Notes: generated by a model not told the origin, from the sequence alone. Positions 26,013 to 39,019 are shown, counted from the stretch's first letter. The stretch: DNA of 64,000 nucleotides from Eledone cirrhosa (GCA_964016885.1 OZ024742.1:268398001-268462000); one strand, 5' to 3'. A program made the numbers and translations.

Positions 26013-29000
26013 ATGACCTCACTCAGAATAGGCAGCATAAATGCGCGTGGCTTGGGGTCGTCATGGAAGCAGGGCCACCTGCTCAACGACCTCAGGTCAC
26101 TAAAAATAGATGTAGTGGCCATCAGCGAGACCAGAGTCTCCGAAGCACGGGCCTTCGCACCGATCTTCGGCGGCTACGATGTGTACGCATCTCCCAGCCG
26201 TCCTGGATCGGGGGGTGGAGTTGCTGTGCTTTTTCGGAGAGGTTTGTATCTCGCCATACGGGCCATCGTCCTGGACCCAGAAGGTAAGTTGGTGGTGCTG
26301 GACGTGACCAGCGGAGACGGGCAAGCTTTAAGGCTAGTGGCCGTCTCTGCCCCGACAGTAGCAGGGCGGCCTAATTTCTTCTGGCGTCTGGAGACCTTTC
26401 TTGGAACGTCCCGCTCTTTAGTGTTAGTGGGCGACTGGAACGGGATCTTAGATGCACGCTGGGACTGTGTGGAATTAGTGGATAGGGGAGGAGGGTGCAA
26501 GAGCCTCACCAACCTGCTCAGGCGTTTTGAACTGTCTGACAGGTACCGATTGGATTTCTCGAATGTGCCAATGTGGACTTGGACAAATCGCATAGGGTCA
26601 TCCAGATCATATCTAGATAGAGTATTTTGTAGGGAAATAGATAGTTCTAGCATAGGCTGTCCACAATTCAAGATAGTCAGCAAAACGGTCCACAAATCGT
26701 GATCTGTAGGCTTGACTTAGATAGGCTTCATAGACGAAGACCCGGCTACTGGAAGCTAAACGCGTCCTTACCAGCGCGCAAAGCCTACAGAGACCGGATT
26801 AAGGAACTAGTTAAGCGGGCGTTGACGGGGGCCATCGTCAACAACAAGTGGTGGTTTGCTCTGAAAAGAGCGATTAGAATAGAGACCATTAGGTTTAGTA
26901 AGACTTTAGCAATAGACAAAAAATAGAGCAGAGGGAGAACTCGTTAGAAAACTAGACGAGGCGCTTAGCAAAGTCATCGCGACAGACGTACTTGCGGCGA
27001 AATTGGCCCTTGACCAATTCTTCAATGCAAAGCACGAAGGCTGCGTTGTCAGAGCTAGGGTGCGTGCTCTCAGACACGAGGGGACGAAAGCCGTTCAATG
27101 GGCCCGAGTGGCGGAGGCGCGTCGTGGCAGCAAAGCCACGATCCGGTCTTTGGTGGACCACGACGGGCGCATGCTACGCGATCCCGGTCTAATGTTTGAA
27201 GCTTTTCAGCGATACTTCGCTCAGCTGTTCGGGAGCAGCGGTGGGCCGGGTCGAGGAATGGACTTTAGTGTCTACCTCAACGTACTGCCGCGGCTCTCGG
27301 CCACTGAGGCGGAGTGTTGCGAAAAGCCGATAACAACCGCTGAAGTACGGGAGGCAATGACTGGCTGCACAAGGTGTAAATCGCCCTGCTTGGATGGTCT
27401 GCCCTATGAACTTTACGTACAGATGCCAGACTTGTTCGTAGGCCTCTTGGAGGACGTCTACTGCAACTGGCAACAGAACGGGGGAATTCCCAGCTCTGTG
27501 AGCCGAGGAGCGGTGGCACTGCTGAGAAAGTATCCGAACAAGGGGGATAACAGATAATTTCAGGCCCATAACTCTGCTAAACACAGAGTTCAAGATTTTG
27601 GCAAAGGTGCTAGCAAAGAGGTTGGCGCTTGTCGTTGGTGGCCTGGTGGGAGAGGCGCAGACATGCGCCATTCCCGACAGATCCATCCACGACAACCTCC
27701 ACCTCATGCGATACATCGTAGAGCGGGTAGTTAGGGAACCTGGCACGGGTGGGTCGTTGATCAATTTAGATCAGTCGAAAGCTTTCGATTGGTTCGACCA
27801 TCGTTACCTAGAGGCAGTCCTGAGGGCGGCTGGCTTTGGGCCGGTCTTCAGAGGCTGGATCGCGGCCATGCACAGCGACATCTGCTCTGTAGTGAAAGTG
27901 AACGGTCACCTTTCGGAACTGTTCAACATCATGCGCTCGGTCCGCCAAGGATGTCCCCTCTCGTCCCTCTTGTACGTATTGACTCTCGAGCCATTATTCC
28001 ACAAACTGGAGACGTTGAGGGGGGTCCCGCGCGAACTAGGATGCCGAAGATCCGTGTCAGCATATGCGACGATGTCACCGTAGTGGTGTCGAACGCCAAA
28101 CACATCGAGGCGATCGGCACTACACTAAGAGAATACGAAGCAGTGATAGGAGCTATGATCAACCAGGAAAAGTCAGTGGGCCTGCCGCTCAGCACCTGGA
28201 GAGGCAGGTCCATGCCGTCCAACAGCGTCGTCGGACGCTGGACGGACGGACCGGTTAAATTTCTAGGGACTTGGTTCGGTCCGGACCTCCAGACGGACAA
28301 AAACTGGGACGAGGGGGCGAGCAGGGTAGCTTCTCTCACCCAGAAATGGGTGGAGAAGAAGCTATCCCCGAAAGGTCGAGCGGAGGTGACTAACGCGTAC
28401 ATCGCATCTGTCATCTGCTACCGCCTGACCGTCGTAACTTGTCCTAAGCCCGCCCGACTGCGCTGGAGCGTTTGCTCTTTCGCCCTTTGTGGAAGGGACG
28501 CACTCCGATGGTCAGGCGGTCCATCTGTTGTCAACACCCGCTACGTGGAGGGCTGGGCATGACGTGGCTGATGATGCACAGACACGCTCTCAGTCTACGA
28601 CATATCCACCTCTTCCTCGACGGTGATCAGGTGTCGTCGCCGTTTGCTAGACACGTTTTTCCCCAGCTCGTCTCCTTGACGGAGCTGCAGTCCTGGGTCA
28701 AGCGAAGACCGAAAAGTAGCGCCTGTTGACTGGAATGTCTTCAGGCGCTCACAGCTCTCGACTAATCGGGCAATGTGATCGGTGGAAACTCCACCTCGGC
28801 GTTCTATAGAGGATTAGTGGAGGGGAAGGGCGACGACGTACTTGGGGAAATTCTAGGCGTCGACGAAAATCAACTAGCCAATCTCTTCGGACGAACTTTC
28901 GGGCCGCGGTCTATGGACAAATTCCAGAAATCTCTGGCCTGGCAGTGCTACCGAGGAGCCTTGCCAGTTAGGGATAAACTCTACAGGCATGGGGGTGCCG

Positions 29001-29428
29001 TCAGCCGGGCATGTCCGAAATGCGCGCATGGCGACGAAACCGTCCTGCACGCACTCATCCAGTGTCCGAGCATTGCTGACTTGTGGGTTTATGTCGAACA
29101 CCTGCTGTCGCGTGTAGAACGGATCCAGCTATCAGCTGAGTCCATCGTGAGGATTGCCCCACCCTCTTCCTTTAGCCGGGAAGGGCAGGCAGTTTTTATC
29201 TGTCTGGTGGCCATGGCGAAAGAGATAGTATGGTGGACACGTTTGAAAGGGTTGAAGACGAGCACTTACCTCTTCGGTGATGCCCTGATTAACTTTTTCA
29301 AATTTCATTTGAAAAGCAAAATCAGGATAGAGAGGATAGTGCTCCCTTCCCAGCATTTTGTTGAAAGATGGGTGAGAGAAGCAAGAATGGCCCGAGTGAA
29401 TGGGCCTACTCTGAGTATGTGTCTGTAA
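26013..29428 (+). pseudogene. ORF2 of copy H: APE endonuclease, reverse transcriptase, CCHC (several frameshifts and stops)
   Basis: EN motifs SINARGL, ISETR, GGGVAVL, GDWN, SYLDRVF; Tx1-type PGYWKLNASL; RT QGCPLS and AYA(D)DV across a frameshift at ~28065; CPKCAHGDETVLHALIQC. Confidence 0.95.
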
Positions 29429-29670
29429 ATTAAAGGTGGAAAACTGGGAGAGGGCACTTGCCCTGGTGGTCAGGGTCACTGTGGTCTTTTAATGGGCTTT
29501 CTCCACAAATGTCCCTCGGAAGTTTCCCCCCTATCGGTAATCTTTCTTTGTTATTTTATTACATCCTCTGTTTTTTTTACACGCAGAAATGCCCATTTGT
29601 ACCGTCCTGTATTGTCCTGTACTGTCGTTAATGTCTACTTAATGTAAACCCGTATGGTTAATAAAGAAAA

Positions 29671-29736
<66 letters not shown>

Positions 29737-30761
29737 GTATACATATATGTGTGTGTTTGTGTGTGTCTTATGGAAATTGAACGTGTTTGTAGCCATGCAT
29801 CAATTGAACATATGTTTACAAACACAATAATACAGTTAACGACTTCCACAGAAATGACAAAATTGCAACTTGCAACAACCGTATGATCAGTGATTGGAGA
29901 CTGCTATTATCAGGAGGTTGATCAGGAAGAATTTGAAGGTCGTTATCGAAAGTGATATCTCGTCATGGTAAAGGTAAGCCGCAATAATTGCATCATTAAT
30001 AAGAACAATAGTTGCAAGAATAACAACAGCCGCAGCATTAACAAGAGCAGCAACAACAACATATGCGAATGCGGTCAAGCACAAAACGACGACAATAAAT
30101 CCATAAACAACAAATGAAATAAAGAAAGAATACATGTGGCACCCTATAAGTCGGATTTCTTTATATTTGAAGAGAAACATAAAATGATAAATCGGACGAA
30201 GAACAATTACAATATCGGCTGCTGTAGTATCACACATTTTAACAACAACAATAACAATTGCAACAAGACGAACGTCAAGGAAGTCGATAATCAAAACAGG
30301 GAGGAATATATAGAGTCTAGAGAGAAGGCAGTTACTATAAAAACGATATTATTAACTAAGTCACGTTAATTAAAACACTATTGCAGCGCGGCGTATTAAA
30401 GCAATTTTAGTTGCATTGATGCCATTTACTATTTGTTCACAGTCTTTGAACTGAGTTCAAATGCTGCTGTGGCCTACTTAGTAAGCATATTTAATCCATG
30501 GCCCTCTCCCCAACTGACACATGGCCATAGGATCCGTTTATAGGTTTCTACACATTTGCGGAATTTTGTGATAAATCTCCATGTAAGCAGTAGAAAGAGA
30601 TTAATTGTATTAGGTTTGTTAAGGTAAAAGTTAGTCTTTGAAGAACTGCGTGGCAACGAGGGCCAGAATCTCCCACATTCTACACAAAAGAAGGCTGTAT
30701 CACTAATTGGTTTGAAGACAAATGCAAATAAATGTGAAGCAGATGAGTATATATACATCTT

Positions 30762-30830
<69 letters not shown>

Positions 30831-30831
30831 C

Positions 30832-30873
<42 letters not shown>

Positions 30874-30937
30874 CACACACACACATATTTATATATGTAT
30901 ATATGTATATATATATATATATATAGGAACAAGTAAG

Positions 30938-31031
30938 ACCCCGACGGCTGAGCTCAAGCTGTTTCGACGGCTAATTCTGGACTGAATGAACATTTTTTCT
31001 GGTATTTAAAAAGCCGAGCTTATCAAGGGGT
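30938..31031 (-). ncRNA. Type I hammerhead ribozyme, U3-A8 variant (inverted pLTR copy)
   Basis: Minus strand: ACCCC-TTGATAA-G..CGGCT...AGCCG.C-GAAA-CAGCT...AGCC-GTC-GGGGT. Confidence 0.65.
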
Positions 31032-31139
31032 AATTCCATATATGGTCAAAGAGACAATCACCAGGATTGGTCACATCACAAGTTAGTAGTAAATCGGTGA
31101 TGGCAAAATGGTGGGGAAAGGGGTAGCTAAACCTGCCAG

Positions 31140-31390
31140 CCCGGCGTCACGCCACTACACTTTCGGGCCACATATGGGACCTCAACGACAACAACATGAA
31201 CTATGATCTCACTTGGAAATTACTGTCCAGAGCCAACTCTTACACGGGAGGACGCCGTCCGTGCAATTTATGCTCGGAGGAAACTTTACAAATGCTGTTT
31301 TCGACGGACCAACTCCTAAACAAGAAAGATGAACTGGTTACTGCATGTAAACACCGACTACGTAGGACTTACCTTGCCCTCAAACCCCAT
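31140..31390 (+). pseudogene. GIY-YIG endonuclease C-terminal fragment (Penelope-like)
   Basis: TTLSAHIWDLNDNNMNYDLTWKLLSRANSYTGGRRPCNLCSEETLQM...LLNKKDELVTACKH fits the LSxHIW...W.IL...CxLCxxE...LLNKxxE...CxH pattern of PLE endonucleases. Confidence 0.85.
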
Positions 31391-32492
31391 AATGACCCGG
31401 GGGGGGGGGGTAGACTAGGGTTATAACACCCCACTTGCCTATTTTGTAATGGGTAACCCCTGCTTGCCAATGGAGTCGTAATATCTTCTTTTACATTCTT
31501 TTATCGCTTCCTCTATATTTCGTTCTTCCCTCCAACCCTCCCTAGTCCTTCTACCCCAGTTCCTTTTCTTTGTCGTCGTCTTTTTCTCGCCCACCCGAGG
31601 TAGCCCATCGGTCCCATGTAGCTTCAACACCCCCACCCCCTTCCCCTATTCTATGATAGATTTAGCTGACTCCGCTTTTTATAGCAGAGGTGTTAGACTT
31701 CGGATACTTGCCCCCTTCTCCGACCGCTGACTTTTTTTCGTGCCTTCTATATTTCTTAGTGGCATCTTTGCTTTAATTTCTCGTTTATCCAGTATTTCTT
31801 TCTTCTCTTTCCCTTTTGTTTTTTTTGGGGGGAGGGGGGGGGGGGGGAGTTTTCTGTATTAATTTTCCGTTCTTTACTTTTACTTTCGTACGATCTTTCA
31901 TGTAGCGTGTATAAGACTTTTCGTTTCGTGGCTGTACCCTTAGAGTTAGCACTAGTATTTTTTTGCGGGACCCTAAATTATATTCTCGTACTAGTTTACT
32001 TTCTTGCACTAGGTGGTTGCTGGCCTTGTGATTGGGTAGAAACCTTTATTATTTCGTGGCAGTCTCTTTAGTATTTTATTCTTCATTATATATATTTTTA
32101 AATTTATTTATCTATTCTTTTATTCACGTATTTGTTGATTTATTTATTTATGTATTTCTTTAGCCTAGCAATAGCGAGAGACTTAAGTCTTAGTAACCAG
32201 ACTTTGCTTTTTTTTTTTTCTCTCTCTCAGTACTGTTTATAGTTTTACCCTTCATTGTTCTACTTACCGTTTCGAATTCCTCCCCCTCCCCTCCCCAGTA
32301 TCCATTTGACCAAACGCCCAGCTGTAGCCGGCACTACCAATGCATGAATGGGTCTACTCCACCCCCTCTCCCTTTTTCTTTTACCGGCAGGTTTAGCTAC
32401 CCCTTCCCCCACCAATTTGCCATCACCGATTTACTACTAACTTGTGATGTGACCAATCCTGGTGATTGTCTCTTTGACCATATATGGAATTT

Positions 32493-32585
32493 TCCCTTGA
32501 TAATCTCGGCTATTTAAATACCAGAAAAAATGTTCATTCAGTCCATAATTAGCCGTCGAAACGGCTTGAGCTCAGCCGTCGGGGT
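32493..32585 (+). ncRNA. Type I hammerhead ribozyme, U3-A8 variant
   Basis: TCCC, TTGATAA (32497-32503), stem II CGGCTA/TAGCCG, GAAA (32558-32561), stem III ACGGCT/AGCCGT, GTC triplet (32578-32580), GGGG. Confidence 0.65.
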
Positions 32586-32678
32586 CTTACTTGTTCCTAT
32601 TACCCACTCTACTACCCTAAGTATTGAGTACTTTGGTGCGTTATGGTCCACCTGGTTCCTTACCACATTTCCATCGTT

Positions 32679-32710
<32 letters not shown>

Positions 32711-32751
32711 GTATATATATATATATGCATATGTATATATGCATATATATA

Positions 32752-32881
32752 TGCTGAGGATCCGCTAAGATGAAACAATTGTTCTCGGAATGGTGAACTA
32801 ACCTTTGTGTAATCACTTCTACCTAACTCGTCCCATGGACTGAATACTCTACCACTATGGATATTACCTTCCAGTGTTCCA

Positions 32882-32886
<5 letters not shown>
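32752..32886 (+). mobile_element. Short PLE-like terminal fragment with minimal hammerhead-like motif, between (TA)n tracts
   Basis: CTGAGGA-tccgctaagat-GAA-ACAATTGT (palindrome) at 32754-32782. Confidence 0.4.
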
Positions 32887-32959
<73 letters not shown>

Positions 32960-33377
32960 AAACGAAATGAGCTGTTTGCTTACCGTGAACAAAGTTTAAC
33001 ATGGTACTATGGACGAAACAAGAGAAGAAATCCTCCGTCAACTGCAAACCGAGATCGTAGATGTTTCGGCACTTAATACAGGATATCTAAAAGCGGTCAC
33101 CGGCGCGCCCAAGGCCTTTTATCGATCAAAAGGCCAGGAGGGAAAGAAAAGAAAAAAAGAAGAAAAAAGCGGAAAAGTAGTGAGTATAAAGAAAGAAAGA
33201 AAGAGAAAAAAAATAGGTAAACATAGCAAATGGTGGGAGAACACAGGAATGGAACATGCAAGTGAGTAAACGAGGAAAAAATAGAATAGAATAAGTTATA
33301 GCCAACCGATTAGACTTAAATCTGGGGTGCGATAACAGCAGCACAGTGGAACCGTGCCATCTCAATCGAATTGAAGG

Positions 33378-33438
<61 letters not shown>

Positions 33439-33678
33439 GGAGCAACCGGAAGTGAGAGGGGGGGGAGATAAATGTGCATTTAGGTGTGTTTCCATTGTGT
33501 CAAATTATTTTGAGGATTTGTCAATATAACTAAAAATAGCTAAAAGTAGATATAATGTTTTTCTTTCGTTCTATGTTGTATGGGCGTGAGCGGGGAGATT
33601 TCATCGTACCAAGACCTCAAGTACATGTTTCAGGGTTAACTGATAAAAATAAAAATAAAAGATGGAAGAGGAGTAAAT

Positions 33679-33857
33679 AATTGTTTCTACTTTTGGCACA
33701 AGGCCAGCAATTACCCAGCGCATTACTGGTACTTTATTTTATCGAACCTGTACGGATGAAAGGCAAAGTTAATCTCGGAGGCATTTGAAATCAGAATGGC
33801 CGTAACACTATTCGTCAAAGCATGGCACCCGACCCTCTACCGATACTGCTAATCCAA
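33679..33857 (-). mobile_element. tRNA-derived SINE (family 1)
   Basis: Reverse complement of the 25521 copy. Confidence 0.85.
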
Positions 33858-34314
33858 ATACAAAAATACATATAAATTTGTTTGAAAGTGTCTTTTGAGT
33901 GGGATTACATTAGTTTCCCGAAGATTTGATAGATTTGTCAAGGTTTGTTCTGCTCTGAACCCTCTCTGGCGTCATGCGATACGCAATTTTTGTGCGTCTA
34001 TTAGAAAAGGCACTTCTAGTTTATTCAATTGTTTTGTAGATTACCGTTTAGGGTAACTTTCAAATATTAAAAACACCTGCAGGAAATGGTAGTCAAATAC
34101 ACAAGTTGTCACTTCGTATTGTATTTAATAGACTGTTAATCATCATAAAATTCATAAGAATTTCTTCGTATATTCTATAACATCATTGAAGATAATATGG
34201 ATAACATGCAATATGCAACTAAATATGTGACTTGATATAAGAATATATGACGAAAGACTATTGAAATTGGTTTAAATGAATGTAAAATTAAATTATTGAG
34301 TTAAATCGGAAAGA

Positions 34315-35253
34315 GTTTTGTCGACTTTGAAAAGGCATATGCCCACGGTCCTCGGGACCTGCTGTGGAACCTTCTGCAGGAGTATGGGATCAATCGCCAC
34401 ATCCTTGTTACTCTGATGTCTCTATATGAATGCCCAAGTATTTATATTCGAATAAATGGAGCTAAATCGAAAGTAGAAGAGGTTTTACTGAAGCAGGTAG
34501 AGATGTTAAAGTATTTTCACTGGAACGTATTCTCGGATGATGGAATGCAGAGGACTGAATTAATTGCAAGAGTAGCAGGAGCTGGTTCACTAATGCGCCA
34601 GCTTCAGCATTCAGTAATCGGAAGAGTGGACGTAGGCGTAAAAGACAAACTCGCAATCTCCAATTCGGTATCCCTGCCAAACCCATTGTCATGAATCTTG
34701 GGTAATGACCGAAATAATACAATCGCAAATACAAGCGGCCGAATTGGGTTTTCTCTGAAAGCTCTTTCGATTAACATTATTCGACAAAGTGCGTAGCTCG
34801 GTGATCAGAAAGTCACTCGAGTTAGAGCCGTTACTTCACCGAATTGAGAGATCACAGCTTTGATACTATGCGCACGTGGTTAGAATGTGTTAGAGCAGAA
34901 TAACTGGACAGATTTTACGGGTCAAACAAACAGGCAGAGGACCTAGGGATTTACCCCATGCAATATGGTTGAATAACATCCATAAACTTGACGGGTCTCT
35001 GTTGGGGATTCTGTCGCAACAGTTGGAGGTGGTTGCTTCTGTCAGGACACGCTGGATAGAGTGTTTTAAGGACTCTGCTACCATAACCCCTTTAGAACAG
35101 AAGAAGAAGAAGAAGAAGAAGAAGAAGAAGAAGAAGAAGAAGAAGAAGAAGAAGAAGAAGAAGAAGAAGAAGAAGAAGAAGAAGAAGAAGAAGAAGAAGA
35201 AGCAGAAGAAGAAGAAGAAGAAGAAGAAGAAGAAGAAGAAGAAGAAGAAGAAG
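34315..35253 (+). mobile_element. RTE-clade LINE fragment, internally deleted, with (GAA)n tail
   Basis: FVDFEKAY...LLWNLLQEYGI; LKQVEMLKY; DKVRSSVIRKSLELEPLLHRIERSQL; (GAA)n at 35100-35253. Confidence 0.8.
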
Positions 35254-35344
35254 ACTAAAATGTAGTAATTTCATCGATTTCACAAAGAATATTGTAATAC
35301 TGAGGTTTTTAAATAAATATTATTTTGCTATTAAGCAAGAATAT

Positions 35345-36345
35345 ACAGGCTTGCTAAGTTCGTCGAGGACACGTTTTTAATAGCTGTAACATTTAAAATG
35401 TGTTTTGGTCGCCATTGTTTCAGATAAATGATGACAGATATCAAGTTAAGCCATGGAATTAAAAAAGAACGCTCTAATCGTTGCTTTAAACGTAGAGCAT
35501 AATTATTTAGAGATTACTCGCTTTCTGAATGTTGGATATGCTGTCAAAATCTGCTAGTTAGAAGCCGCTGACGGGGATTCGACAGTAGTAGCCAAACGTA
35601 AAACGCCTGCTTTGGTTATAATAACATTATAACTCCCAAATTCATACGAATGGGAAATTATTGTAAAGAACACCGGATATTCAATTGGTGTCATTACTAT
35701 GAGCTCAATGTTTCAAGAAACACTATCGAAAGAGCTTTGCATGAGGACCTTCGATACAAGTCATATATGATTCGGAGCCGCCAATTCTTGTCTGTAAAGA
35801 CAAAAGATAACTATTTGATCCGTGCACAAGTCTTATTGAGCAAGTTGAAACATCAAAAGAATGATGAGAAAAAACGTTGGTCAGTTCAACTGAAAAACAG
35901 ACAGATTGTTATGCAGAGACAATAAATACTTTCGGCAATTGTCATCAATCTGCAGTTGTGCGCAACGAGTAAGATGTCATATCTCCTCACATTTCCCTCA
36001 GGGCTGAAGGGCTAATGCTACTGACTATAAGATGTTGAAGAGGGTTGTGATACCTACCTTAAATATAGAGTGTAAGAAAATAAATACCATACAGCTACCA
36101 ACAAGATTCTGCGTCGTCTCATTGGGCGAGGACAACACAAAAATGGATGAGTTATGATTTCCACAATAATGGCATCGCCGACTAGCTCTCCAAACCTAAA
36201 TCTATTGCACTGCTACGTATGCGAGAGGGAGGATAATCAACGCCTTCATAACATTATATAATGTCTGAAGTCTGTTTTAGCCAGCACAATGTCTAAAATA
36301 GATACAGATCCTCTGATTCGGGCATGATAAAGTTTCACACTCCCT
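35345..36345 (+). mobile_element. Tc1/mariner-superfamily transposase relic (maT/DD37D-like)
   Basis: HTH region ELNVSRNTIERALHEDLRYKSY; QQDSASSH; SSPNLN.L resembling SPDLNPLD. Many disruptions; TIRs not resolved. Confidence 0.7.
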
Positions 36346-36494
36346 ACAAAAGCTAGATGCGTCTAGAGAAGTCTCAAAATCATTCATGCTGTTTGTCAAA
36401 TAAACTTATTCTTTCATGATGTGCATTTTACATAAATGCAGGCAAATATACTCTGATGCGTATTTTTATATAAATATTTCTCTTTATATTTACG

Positions 36495-36588
36495 CACACA
36501 CACACACACACACACACAGACACACACATACATACACATACACACACAGACACACACACATACACACACACATACATACACACGCACA

Positions 36589-36631
<43 letters not shown>
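36495..36631. repeat. (CA)n/(TA)n microsatellite
   Basis: Read directly. Confidence 0.95.
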
Positions 36632-37544
36632 GGGAGGATACAATAATGGAGGTGTATATGTGTGTCTATGTGAGCACACATATATTCATACTTGAGTGAT
36701 TGTGTGTGGGGGTATGTGTGAGTATTCATATCTGTATTCATATCTGTATTCATATCTGTAGATAAGTCTGTGCACATGTACGCATTTGGATAAAAAATAG
36801 TCGAAACGTCTAGGTAAATAATTCTCAAGAATTAAATCATGTTGCAGATTGATCTATTATAGAATCGATCATGATTATATATAACATTGATAATATAATA
36901 TAAGTTTCAAAATATTTTATATTGTTTTTTCCTAAAATACTATATACTTAAAATTGAATATGTTTCTAACATTAGGGAATAAATGGTATATCCAAGTCAA
37001 AATACGAGAATTGAATATACGAGTCAAACTAACCACTAGATAATCTATGCAGTTAGAACACATTCTTACATATCTCGCTGCCCATAAATATAAACTTGTT
37101 TACCCTTTCCAAGTCTTCGTATTTGGAATCACGATAACATGCGGACGTTAAATGAATATCTGATTTTCATTATCTAGTGATTCTCAAGTAATGGGGTTCC
37201 TCCGAACAGCATTTGGAGTAATATTACTCGATAGCATGCGAGTTCATAGATGAGAGAGTCATTCCTAGTAGAGTCGCTACATTTCTGAATTCAGGGATCA
37301 CAACTCTGATAATAGATGTATGCGGAGTATAGAAGAATGTTATGGGCAAAAACAACTGGGGGGATCCTGGGATATATTTCAAGCAAAATGGCTGGATAAC
37401 ATCGATGAGCTCGGCTACTCTCTCTTAGAATCCATCTGGATGAGTTGGAGATGGCTGCTTCTATAAAATTCGCTGGAAGAAAAGTTAGAGAGTCCGCCGC
37501 ATATATTCTCTCATTAATAAGAGGGCGAAAAATAATCATAATTT

Positions 37545-37612
37545 TTTGTACTTTTTGCGCAAGGCCAGCAATTATCCAGTGCATTACTCGTACTCAATTT
37601 TATCGACCCAAC
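37545..37612 (-). mobile_element. SINE family 1, partial 3' half
   Basis: aaggccagcaattatccagtgcattact...ttttatcgaccc. Confidence 0.7.
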
Positions 37613-37619
37613 CGAATCC

Positions 37620-37725
37620 AGGTACCAAAGGGTGAAATGATAAAGAGATTCGACACTGAAGAGGGATGCAAATAGTTGGGTGTTCTGGAAGCAGATGGCA
37701 TAAACAACAATGAAATGAAGGCATG
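37620..37725 (+). pseudogene. Small R4/Dong-type RT-thumb fragment
   Basis: GEMIKRFDTEEGCK*LGVLEADGINNNEMK resembles IRQLDQEKTYKCLGVCEGDGIKHSTMR in 45395-46381. Confidence 0.5.
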
Positions 37726-37777
37726 TCATAAGTGCAGTAAATTGCCGAGCTATGTCTATTATTAGGTACAGAATGCG

Positions 37778-37962
37778 ATGGATTGGCAGTATCGGTAGAG
37801 GGTCGGACGCCATGATTTGACGCATAGAGTTACGTGCCTTGCCATTCCTAGTTCAAATCCCGCCGAGGTTAACTTTGCCTTTCATCCTTACGGGGTCGAT
37901 AACATAAAGTACCAATAATGCACTGGGTAATTGCTGGCCTTGTGCCAACAGTAGAAACAATT
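37778..37962 (+). mobile_element. tRNA-derived SINE (family 1)
   Basis: Same head, B-box, core and tail as 25521-25699. Confidence 0.9.
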
Positions 37963-38089
37963 TCAGTGCGGGAATTCTGAAATGGAATGTTGCTGAACAA
38001 AAAGAAATGAATAGAAACACCATTAAGCTATTTACTCCCTACAGCATTTTCAACAGTAGGAGTCATGCTGATAGATTGTATTTATAGAC

Positions 38090-38995
38090 CTGAGTCTCAG
38101 TGAACTGAATGTTATTTAACTGGGAAGTTTGTTGAAATGAATATCAAGGCGCTACCTGCAACCTCAAATATTCAGCACGTATCGGAGAGTTCTTGCTGTT
38201 CCCAGCAAGCATACCTTTTGAAGTGTTCCAAAAAGCGGGGCTAGACTAACTTTCTTTAACCATCCTTGGAAACTCTTTGAGATAGTACCTAGTGTGGCTA
38301 TGACAATCGGGACGAGCATGATTTCATGGCAGTTCCAAATACTTTTTAACTTCCTATTTAAGTCCTGGTGTCGGTTAATTTTCTCCCTCTCCTTTTCTTG
38401 CACTCTCGTATCAAATGGGCAGGCTACATCAACAATCGCGCACGATCTTTTTTCCTTGACCAAAACCACCAGGTCAGGCCTATTCTGTTCTAATTTCTTG
38501 TCCGACTGTATCCAAAAATCACATAGCAGCTTCACCTGATCGTTTTCTATCACCGACTCTGGCTTATGCTCATACCACTTCTCAGAATGTGGTAAATTGT
38601 TTACTTTGCATGGATGCCAGTGGATCACTCTGCCTATCACATCATGTTTCCAGCCTTTATAGTGAGTCTGGGCTAGGTGTTTTCACTTGGATACAATGTG
38701 AGCCACAGTCTCCTCTCTCTCTCCACAGATTCTACATAGTGAACTAGCCCCATCTATTGTCCCCTCCTTCAGTACATTTCTGAGCATTGGCTCCTTACTA
38801 TCAGTCACATATTTGTGTAGCTTGTTTTTCTCCATCTGAACACAGTCCTCTATGCTGATAAGACATCTTCCACCTTCAGATCTCCTTAAGTAGAGCCTAT
38901 CGACATCACTCCTCTTGTGGAACATGTTGTAGATAGTTAATAGCTTCCTAGTCTTCCTATCCATTTATTTTTGTTCAGCAACATTCCATCTCAGA
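38090..38995 (-). mobile_element. R4/Dong-clade non-LTR element, 5'-truncated and internally deleted (REL endonuclease)
   Basis: DVDRLYLRRSEGGR; CRICGEREETVAHIVS; NRPDLVV...VDVACPFD...EKI; PIVIATLG. The 5' end abuts (ATT)n at 38996-39019. Confidence 0.9.
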
Positions 38996-39019
38996 ATTAT
39001 TATTATTATTATTATTATT

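Larger units (their letters stand above)
23741..29730 (+). mobile_element. Tx1-like LINE copy H, near full length (~6 kb), disrupted
   Basis: 5' UTR, ORF1, ORF2, 3' UTR, AATAAA at ~29660 and (ATT)n at 29672-29730. Confidence 0.95.
30923..32678 (+). mobile_element. Penelope-like element, 5'-truncated, with inverted pLTR copy, inserted in (TA)n
   Basis: 30923-31138 is the inverted copy of ~32385-32600; contains a GIY-YIG C-terminus; (TA)n on both sides. Confidence 0.85.

Noticed and set aside
26174-29479. Long antisense ORFs over ORF2 (also at 41712-42839)
   Set aside because: Expected shadows of GC-rich coding sequence; no motifs, and boundaries differ between copies.
34969-35283. Poly-Lys/poly-Leu ORFs (also poly-Arg/Ser at 54761-55180)
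   Set aside because: These are (GAA)n tails of RTE fragments.
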